Part shown: positions 56,840 through 64,000 of the stretch, one piece after another
Numbering within the stretch: position 1 is the first letter of the stretch
How the letters are laid out: each line of letters begins with the position of its first letter
Assembly (NCBI GenBank): GCA_965206595.1
Contig: OZ242214.1
Location: 1,248,001-1,312,000, forward strand
DNA length: 64,000 nt
DNA from: Candidatus Latescibacterota bacterium
Lineage (GTDB): Bacteria; Latescibacterota; UBA2968; UBA8231
Direction of reading: 5' to 3'
Made by a program: the position numbers and the translations under genes
Notes under the pieces: model-generated
Databases searched by the model: none
What the model saw: the letters and a program-made list of their open reading frames with translations, nothing else
Told to the model about the DNA's origin: nothing

Positions 56840-59800
56840 ATGGGGGCCGCTGGCCACCTGTTCGCCGCCGCCCTCTGCCTTTCGCTCGCCGCGGCCGCGG
56901 CCGCCGACCAGGCCGCCCGGCTCACCGCCGACATAGAATTCCTGACCTCGAACGGCTCGCGCGCCGTCGGTTATCCGGGCGCCGCCGCGGCTGCCGGTCG
57001 GATCGAAGACCGCTTCCGCGATCTCGGGCTGACCGACGTGCGCCGCCGGGAGTACCGGGTCGGAATGCCGGTGGACCGCGGCGCCTCCCTCGCGGTCGAA
57101 GAGACCGGCCTGTCGATTCCCCTCCTGTGCATGTGGCCCAACCTCGTGCGCACCCCCACCCTTCCGCCCGCAGGCCTGCGCCTGCCGCTGGTGTACGCCG
57201 GCGGCGGCGAGTGGGCGGAGCTGAACGGGCGCGAGCTCGAGGGCCGCGCCGTTCTCATGGAGTTCAACAGCGGTCTGAACTGGATGCGACCCGCCTCCCT
57301 CGGGGCCGCTGCCGTGCTCTTCATCGAGCCGGAGGAGACGACCGCCAGGGAGGCCCAGCGCAAGTACGCGGTCGCCCCTCTCGATGTTCCGCGCTTCTGG
57401 ATCGACAGCCGCTCCGGGAAGCGGCTGCGCCGGCGCCTCGATGAAAAAGGGGAGCTGGCGGTAACCCTGCGCGGGCGCATGGACTGGGAGATGCGCCCGG
57501 CGTGGAACCTGACCGCGTTTCTGGAGGGCGCCGACCCGGAGCTCGCCGGAGAGACGGTGGTGCTGCAGGCTTACTACGACGCCGCCTCGGTGGTTCCCGC
57601 CCTGGCCCCGGGAGCGACCGCTGCGTGCGGGATCGCCGCCCTGCTCGAAACCGCGCTCCATCTCGTCGAGCAGCGTCCTGCGCACAGCGTCCTCTTTCTC
57701 GCCACCTCCGCCCATTACCAGGCGCAGCAGGGGATCGTCGACTTCGTCAACCGGCGCGCCCGCACTCACGAGGAGTACTCCGCCCGCTACGGGGAACCGC
57801 TCGACATAAGCCTTTTCGTCGGATTCGACCTCTCCGGGGGCAGCGACCAGCTGGGGGTATGGAACAACCTGTCCGGCGACGAGCTGCGCCGCTTCTTCCT
57901 CCCGTACTCCCGCGTCTTCATGGCCCACGGGGAAGCGGCCGCAGGGGAGCTGGGACGGGATGCCGAGCGCGCCTTCTTCAACGGCGTCAGTCCGGTCCGC
58001 GGCAGGAGCTGGGAATCGCTCGCACCGGGGGGAATCAACCCCGACGCGGGATGGGTTCACGCCGCGGGAGTGCCTGCCCTCACTCTGGCCACGGTCAACG
58101 ACGGCCGGCAGTCGGAGTCCACCCCACTCGACCGCGCCGTCGACATCGGCAACCTCGACCGCCAGGTGGAGCTGCTGAAGCGGACGCTCGCCGGGGTCCT
58201 CAACAATCCCGAGCTGTCCTCCGGGCGCGCGGCCCTGGCCGGGGTCGTCAAGGACCGGATGCGGGATCTCCTCGTCCAGGCGCGGCAGTATCCCAGGCGC
58301 AGCCAGACTCCCGACCGTCCGGTGCCGGGCGCCCTGGCAGTGCTCAACACCTACGACAAGCAGGAGACCGGCGTTCACGGGCAGCGGGTGGCAATCGCCG
58401 ACGGAGACGGCAACGCCGTCTTCAGGGGGATTCCCTCCACCGCGGAGAAGCTCGCCGCCTTCGAGCTCGACCCGAAATCGGGGGCGATCCTCGCGGCGCC
58501 CGACCTCGCCAAGCGCGCCTCCCAGCACCACGGGAAACCGCTGCCCACCGGTTATCTCAGGGCCGCGGCGAACCGGTCGATAAACATCCGGACGATCGTG
58601 CTGTTCAAGACCCGGGGCCGCGAGATCTACTCCCTCATCAGTCCGCGGTCGCTGCTGGGGTACGGGGCTCCGACGGTCATGAACCAGGGCGGCGCCGAGC
58701 CGCGGCAGTACGGGTTCCTGCTCAGCAAATACCCGGAAGAACCTGCCGGAGTCCTGTTCGGTCCGGCCCTGGGAGGCGAGGAGAACCGCCTGCGGTTCTT
58801 CTTCGGCGGGCTGCTGGAACAGCGGCTGCTGCTGCTGAACAGCAAGGGGCACGGCAGCGAGGAGGAGGCCCGCGGCATCGGCTACTCCCTGGGGGAGGAA
58901 GCCCTCACCCGGCTGACGGAGAAAGCGGCGCGCGACATGTGGCGGCTCGACGAGCAGCGGCTCGTGAAGCTCCGCGAGCACTCGATCGGCAGCCGCAGTC
59001 TCGAGCGCCTGCACCAGGGCGCCGGGGAGCTGCTGGAGGAGGCCGCCGCGGCGGCCGCGGAGCTGCGCTGGGACCGCTACGTCGCCAGGGCGCGCGAAGC
59101 CCTCGGCCTCGAGGCGTGCGTCTATCCCCGGATCCTCGAGACCCTCAACGACGTGATCAAGGGGATGGTCTTCTTCCTGGCGCTGGTGGTTCCCGCGGCC
59201 TTCTTCGGCGAGCGCCTGTTCTTCGCCGCCGCCGACATCCGCCGGCAGCTCCTCGGACTGGCGGTGCTGGTGCTGCTGATCTGGATGATCCTCTCGCAGG
59301 TGCACCCCGCCTTCGACATCGCCCACCCGCTGGTGATCGTGCTGGCGTTTACGATCATGGCCATGGCCATCCTGGTGCTTTGGATGGTCAGCGCCCGTTT
59401 CAACAAGACCGCGGCCGAATACCGGTCCCGGGTGGCGCAGGTGCACAAGGCGGACGTATCGCGGTTCGGCGCGGCCTACGTCGCCTTCATGCTCGGCATT
59501 TCGAACATGAGGCGCCGCAAGCTGCGCACGGCGATGACGCTGATCACCCTGACGCTGCTGACCTTCTCGGTGCTGTCGTTCACCTCGTTCGAGGACCGTG
59601 TCCGCTTCGTGGCGATGCCTGCTCCCTTCGAAGGGGAGCGCCAGGGCCTGCTGATCCGCGACCGCAACTGGGGGATGCTGAGCTACCCCGCCTGGGACTA
59701 CGCGCGGTCCCACTTCGGAGCCGCCGCGGTCCTGGTTCCGCGCTACTGGCATTCCGGCCACAAGGGGAGCGCCAGCTACGTCGAGGTGCGCCGCGGGAAG

Positions 59801-62800
59801 AGGGTTGCCCGCGCCCTCGGAATGATCGGGCTCGCCCCCGGCGAGCGCCTGGTGACCGGGGTCGACCGCTGCCTCGTCGCCGGCAGCTTCTTCGAAGAGG
59901 GGGACGAGGAGACCTGCCTGCTGCCGGATGAAATGGCGGATGCCCTCGGCATCTCCGCCGCGGACGCCGGCTCGGTCCGCGTCCGCGTTTTCGGCCGCGA
60001 CCTCCTGGTGCGGGGGATCTTCTCCGCCGCGGCTCTCGACGACCTGCGCGACCTCGACGGCGGCAGCCTGACCCCGATCGACACCCGCGTCGCCGCCTTC
60101 GACCCGCTCGACCAGCTGCTGGAGGCGGCGGAGGAGGAGGGGGGGGAGGAAGCGGCAGTGGTTGAGATGACAGCCGCCCTGCACCTGCCGGCTGCCAACG
60201 TCCTTATCACCCCGCACCGGACGCAGCAGGACTTCGGGGGGTCTCTTCACTCGGTGGCGGCGCGCTTCCGCGAAGATTCACGGCCGGTCGAGCTCATCGA
60301 GAAGTACCTGCTGCGCGTCGCCGCCTTCATGTACGCCGGAATCCCCGACGACGCCGGCGGCATCTCCGTGTACCGCTACAGCTCCGTCGGGCTGACCTCG
60401 GTCCAGGGGCTGGGAGCGCTGGCGATACCGGCGGTGATCGCGGCGATGATCGTCCTCAACGCCATGCTCGGCGCCGTGTACGAGCGCTTCCGCGAAATCG
60501 GCATCTACTCCTCGGTCGGCCTGGCTCCCGTCCACATCTCCGTGCTCTTCCTCGCCGAGGCGACGGTGTACGCCATTCTCGGGGTGACCATGGGGTACCT
60601 CTTGGGACAGGGGCTCGGAAAGCTGCTGATCGCCCTCGACATGCTCTCGGGGATCACCCTCAACTACTCCTCCGTCTCCGCGGTGGTCGCCGCCATCTCG
60701 GTGATGGCCATCGTGCTGCTGTCGACACTCTACCCGGCGCGGGTGGCGGCCAGGGTGGCGGTCCCCGAAGCCGTCCGGCGCTGGCGCCCCCCGGATCCGG
60801 ACGGGGACCGGTGGGTCTTTGCGTTTCCCTTCAACGTCAGCGAGTCCGAGGCCGCGGCAACCTGCGGCTTCCTGCACTCCTTCTTCGCCGCCCACGGCGG
60901 CGCCGTCGGCGGCAGGATGTACACCGAGGGGCTCGCCCTGCAGCGGCGGCAGACCCCGGCCGGGGCGTCGTACAGCATCGACTTCCGCATGTGGCTGTCT
61001 CCGTACGACCTCGGGGTGAGCGAGAAGGTGCGCCTCGAGCTGACCCCCGCGGCAGATGCCCCGGGGCTGTACGCGATCGCCGTGGAGATCGAGCGCGTCA
61101 GCGGCGAGCAGCTGAACTGGCGCCGCCTCAACGGCCCGTTCTTCAAGGTGCTGCGCCGGCAGCTGTTGATCTGGAACACCCTGCCGGCCGAAACCCGCGG
61201 CGGGCACCGGCACACCGCCCAGCGGCTGCTGGAGGCCGGGAAGCAGGAAGAGTCGGAATCTCCGGGGCCGCGACTCGCCGCAGTCCCGGGCGAAGACCCT
61301 GGGGAAACCGGCGAACAGCGCCGGTCGCCGTTCTCCTGGCGGGCAATCGCCATCGGCGCCGCCGGCGCCGCGGCGGTCGGGGTGGGGGCTCCCTACTGCG
61401 TCTTCATGCTCAAAGGGTCCTGGATGGCGATCAACAGCACGGTGCCGATCGCCATCTTCTACTTCTTCATCGTCGTCGTCATCGCCAACGTGATCCTGGG
61501 TCTTGTGGCGAGGAGGTGGGAGCTCCCCAAGGCGGACCTGATCCTGGTCTACGTCATGCTGACCATGGCCGCGGCGGTACCCAACCAGGCCTTCGTCGGC
61601 TACGTCATCCCCTGTATCGCCGGATTCTTCTACTACGCCACCCCGGAAAACAAGTGGTTGGACATGTACCTGGCCGACGTCCCGGAGTGGATGGTCCCCG
61701 ACATCGCCGCCGCGGAGCTGTTGCACGAGGGCCTGCCGCCGGGGGAGCCGGTTCCCTGGCAGGGCTGGGCGGAGCCGCTGACCTGGTGGTACCTCTTCTT
61801 CCTCGCCCTGAGCCTGATGATGATCTGCCTCAACGTGATCCTCCACCGGCAGTGGTCGGTTCACGAGCGGCTCGAGTACCCGATGGTGCAGGTGCCGCTG
61901 CACATGATAGAGCGCTCGCAGGGGGCCTTCGCACCGCTCGGTCCCTTCTTCAGGAACCGCTGGGCCTGGATCGGATTTCTCGTGCCGTTCCTGCTGCTCG
62001 GCCTGGGCGGGCTGCAGCACTACTTCCCGGCGGTTCCCGTCTTCAGCCCGAGCTTCGGCGCCCTGTCGCTGATGGACGGCGCCTTCATTCTCAAGTTCCA
62101 CACCAACTACGCCTGGGTCGGGATTTCCTATCTCGTCAATCTCGATGTCACCATGAGCATCTGGGTCTTCTGGATTCTCGGGGTGTTGCAGAAGGCGCTG
62201 TTGGGCAAATTCGGGGTCGCCCCGACCGAGACCCTGAGCTTCTACTCGCTGCACTCGGCCGACCTCGCCCACCAGGCGACCGGGGCCTGCTGGGTCTTCG
62301 TCGCCTGGGGCCTGTGGGTCGCCAGGCGCCACCTGAAGCAGGTGCTGTCCAACGCCTTCGGGCGCCGGGCGGTCGACGACTCGGAAGAGCTGATCTCCTA
62401 CCGCGCTGCGGTCCTCGGGTTCGCCGCCAGCCTCCTGTTCATCGGCGCCTGGCTGTGGAGGTCGGGGATGCCGCTGGTGGTGCTGCCGATGTTTCTCGTC
62501 TCGGCGCTGATCTTCTACATCCTGGTGACCCGCGTGGTGGCGACCGCCGGGGTGGCCACGGCGCGCTCGCCGATGATCTCGGCGTTCGTCGTCATCTCCG
62601 GCCTCGGCAGCGCCTTCATCGGCACCAAGGGCCTGGTGGCGCTGACCTTCACCTATCTGTGGCACTCGGAGATGCGCCTGTTTCCGATGGTGGTGTGCGC
62701 CCAGAACCTCAAGCTCGCCGAGACCGTCCGCGGCCCCAAGGGGAGGCTGTTCTGGGCGATCTGCATCGCCCTCGTGGTCAGCCTGCTGGCGGCGACCTGG

Positions 62801-63244
62801 ATCATCCTGCATCTCTGTTACACGTACGGCGGCATCAACCTGCACACCTTCTTCATGCAGAGTCAGTCGATTCGCCTTTTCAACGACATGGCCAGGCATA
62901 TCCAGCACCCGGTCGGCCCGGACCTGCGAGGATGGGGGTTCACCGGCATCGGCGCCGCCATCGAAGCCGGCCTGATCTATGCACAACAGCGCTTCTTCTG
63001 GTGGCCCCTGCACCCGGTCGGCTTCGTGATCGCCAACGGCTGGCTGACCAGCCAGATCTGGTTCGCCGTCTTTCTCGGATGGCTGGCGAAGTTCGTCATC
63101 ATGAGGAACGGCGGCATGCAGGTGTTTCTCGCGGCGCGTCCCTTCTTCATCGGGCTGATTCTCGGGGAGGCGACCGCGGCCGGAACCTGGCTGGTGGTCG
63201 ACTATCTCGCCGGCAGCACCGGAAACCAGCTCACCCAGATGTAG
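56840..63244 (+). CDS. ~2134-aa fusion: M28-like/PA domain + FtsX-type permease modules + DUF6785/DUF6784 membrane domain
   Basis: Signal peptide; SRAVGYPG...PA-like...QAYYDA...GIAALLE; GISNMRRRKLRT; VYERFREIGIYSSVGLAP...FLAEA; C-terminal ~640 aa paralogous to 1784-3730. One uninterrupted ORF. Confidence 0.85.
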   Translation: MGAAGHLFAAALCLSLAAAAAADQAARLTADIEFLTSNGSRAVGYPGAAAAAGRIEDRFRDLGLTDVRRREYRVGMPVDRGASLAVEETGLSIPLLCMWPNLVRTPTLPPAGLRLPLVYAGGGEWAELNGRELEGRAVLMEFNSGLNWMRPASLGAAAVLFIEPEETTAREAQRKYAVAPLDVPRFWIDSRSGKRLRRRLDEKGELAVTLRGRMDWEMRPAWNLTAFLEGADPELAGETVVLQAYYDAASVVPALAPGATAACGIAALLETALHLVEQRPAHSVLFLATSAHYQAQQGIVDFVNRRARTHEEYSARYGEPLDISLFVGFDLSGGSDQLGVWNNLSGDELRRFFLPYSRVFMAHGEAAAGELGRDAERAFFNGVSPVRGRSWESLAPGGINPDAGWVHAAGVPALTLATVNDGRQSESTPLDRAVDIGNLDRQVELLKRTLAGVLNNPELSSGRAALAGVVKDRMRDLLVQARQYPRRSQTPDRPVPGALAVLNTYDKQETGVHGQRVAIADGDGNAVFRGIPSTAEKLAAFELDPKSGAILAAPDLAKRASQHHGKPLPTGYLRAAANRSINIRTIVLFKTRGREIYSLISPRSLLGYGAPTVMNQGGAEPRQYGFLLSKYPEEPAGVLFGPALGGEENRLRFFFGGLLEQRLLLLNSKGHGSEEEARGIGYSLGEEALTRLTEKAARDMWRLDEQRLVKLREHSIGSRSLERLHQGAGELLEEAAAAAAELRWDRYVARAREALGLEACVYPRILETLNDVIKGMVFFLALVVPAAFFGERLFFAAADIRRQLLGLAVLVLLIWMILSQVHPAFDIAHPLVIVLAFTIMAMAILVLWMVSARFNKTAAEYRSRVAQVHKADVSRFGAAYVAFMLGISNMRRRKLRTAMTLITLTLLTFSVLSFTSFEDRVRFVAMPAPFEGERQGLLIRDRNWGMLSYPAWDYARSHFGAAAVLVPRYWHSGHKGSASYVEVRRGKRVARALGMIGLAPGERLVTGVDRCLVAGSFFEEGDEETCLLPDEMADALGISAADAGSVRVRVFGRDLLVRGIFSAAALDDLRDLDGGSLTPIDTRVAAFDPLDQLLEAAEEEGGEEAAVVEMTAALHLPAANVLITPHRTQQDFGGSLHSVAARFREDSRPVELIEKYLLRVAAFMYAGIPDDAGGISVYRYSSVGLTSVQGLGALAIPAVIAAMIVLNAMLGAVYERFREIGIYSSVGLAPVHISVLFLAEATVYAILGVTMGYLLGQGLGKLLIALDMLSGITLNYSSVSAVVAAISVMAIVLLSTLYPARVAARVAVPEAVRRWRPPDPDGDRWVFAFPFNVSESEAAATCGFLHSFFAAHGGAVGGRMYTEGLALQRRQTPAGASYSIDFRMWLSPYDLGVSEKVRLELTPAADAPGLYAIAVEIERVSGEQLNWRRLNGPFFKVLRRQLLIWNTLPAETRGGHRHTAQRLLEAGKQEESESPGPRLAAVPGEDPGETGEQRRSPFSWRAIAIGAAGAAAVGVGAPYCVFMLKGSWMAINSTVPIAIFYFFIVVVIANVILGLVARRWELPKADLILVYVMLTMAAAVPNQAFVGYVIPCIAGFFYYATPENKWLDMYLADVPEWMVPDIAAAELLHEGLPPGEPVPWQGWAEPLTWWYLFFLALSLMMICLNVILHRQWSVHERLEYPMVQVPLHMIERSQGAFAPLGPFFRNRWAWIGFLVPFLLLGLGGLQHYFPAVPVFSPSFGALSLMDGAFILKFHTNYAWVGISYLVNLDVTMSIWVFWILGVLQKALLGKFGVAPTETLSFYSLHSADLAHQATGACWVFVAWGLWVARRHLKQVLSNAFGRRAVDDSEELISYRAAVLGFAASLLFIGAWLWRSGMPLVVLPMFLVSALIFYILVTRVVATAGVATARSPMISAFVVISGLGSAFIGTKGLVALTFTYLWHSEMRLFPMVVCAQNLKLAETVRGPKGRLFWAICIALVVSLLAATWIILHLCYTYGGINLHTFFMQSQSIRLFNDMARHIQHPVGPDLRGWGFTGIGAAIEAGLIYAQQRFFWWPLHPVGFVIANGWLTSQIWFAVFLGWLAKFVIMRNGGMQVFLAARPFFIGLILGEATAAGTWLVVDYLAGSTGNQLTQM

Positions 63245-63250
63245 CCGCCG

Positions 63251-64000
63251 ATGGCCGAGTACCTGACACGACAGGGGCGGGGAACCGCGGCACCGCTGGC
63301 CGCGGTCGGACTGGTGTACCTGCTGACCCTGTTCTGCTTCGAGCGGGACGGCCTGTGGACCACGGACAACGCCGCCAAGTTCCTGCAGGTGCGGGCCCTG
63401 CTGCAGAGCGGCTTCGCCAGCTTCGCCATTCCCTGGCCCGGCAGGAGCATCGACCCGGAGTTCATATACAATCCCATGCCGTTCCACTTCTCGTCGGTGC
63501 GCGACGGCGAGCTGTACTCCGTGTTCTCTCCCGTCTTCGCCATGGTGTCCGCGGTTCCGTACGCGCTCCTCGGCTACTGGGGGCTCTACCTGCTGCCGTT
63601 CGCCTCGGCGCTGCTGATGCTGCGGGCGGTCGCCGGGCTCTGCGCTGTATGCGGCGGAGGCGCCAGGGCCCGGCAGGCCGCGGTCCTGATCGCCGGCCTC
63701 GCCACCCCGGTCTGGTTCTACGGCGTCGCTTTCTGGGAACACTGCGCAGCCGCCTGTCTCTGCCTGTGGGCGCTGCTGTTCTTCGCCCGCTTCGTCGATG
63801 CCGGCGCGACCCGGGATCTCGTGCGCGGCGCCGTCCTCGTCAGCCTCGCGGTCTATCTCAGGGACGATCTCTATCTGCTGTGCGCGCTGCTGGCCCTGGC
63901 CGCCCTTGCGGCCCGGAGATCGAGGTGGCTGCAAACGGCGCTCTGGTGCGGTGGCACCATGGCGGTCTGCCTGGCACCGCTCTGGATCTGGCAGTGGCGG
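63251..64000 (+). CDS. Polytopic membrane protein, putative GT-C-fold glycosyltransferase (3'-partial)
   Basis: Open from ATG 63251 to the window end (absent from the ORF track for lack of a stop). TM, then loop WTTDNAAKFLQ...YSVFSPVF, then TMs with TPVWFY...WEH. Confidence 0.6.
   Translation, partial: MAEYLTRQGRGTAAPLAAVGLVYLLTLFCFERDGLWTTDNAAKFLQVRALLQSGFASFAIPWPGRSIDPEFIYNPMPFHFSSVRDGELYSVFSPVFAMVSAVPYALLGYWGLYLLPFASALLMLRAVAGLCAVCGGGARARQAAVLIAGLATPVWFYGVAFWEHCAAACLCLWALLFFARFVDAGATRDLVRGAVLVSLAVYLRDDLYLLCALLALAALAARRSRWLQTALWCGGTMAVCLAPLWIWQWR

Noticed and set aside
56828-63934. Very long antisense ORFs (1140 aa and 1218 aa)
   Set aside because: Shadow frames of high-GC coding sequence with no family motifs; the plus strand holds the recognisable genes.

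Overview
High-GC bacterial chromosomal DNA. The gene content (two DUF6785/DUF6784 membrane proteins, a CRTAC1/ASPIC protein, sulfatase, LptE, CtpA) suggests a diderm such as Latescibacterota or a Poribacteria-like lineage, but this is inference only. Bases 1-11.9 kb are a mosaic accessory region. It holds gene-fragment scars, a sulfatase bracketed by 33-bp direct repeats, and a low-GC PafA-type phosphatase. It also holds a nested MITE-end/IS110(IS1111-type)/IS630 stack, in which the IS110 non-coding RNA carries sequences matching its own reconstructed target. Bases 11.9-23.2 kb are a FadR/GntR-linked corrinoid methyl-transfer operon (MtaA/CmuA-like methyltransferase, corrinoid protein, RACo activator, MetF-MetV fusion, pterin-binding methyltransferase, homocysteine methyltransferase) running directly into mnmG. 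Bases 23-56 kb are mostly housekeeping and envelope genes: lipA, ctpA, M23 peptidase, lptE, an amber-interrupted sodium:solute symporter, rarA-methyltransferase fusion, aroA, dsbD-like, core MetE-like, an atypical short purA with LysR, pgi-like and tRNA-Thr(TGT). The window ends with a ~2134-aa fusion of a degenerate M28-like domain, FtsX-type permease modules and a DUF6785/6784 transporter-like domain. All calls come from reading motifs by eye; no database search was run.
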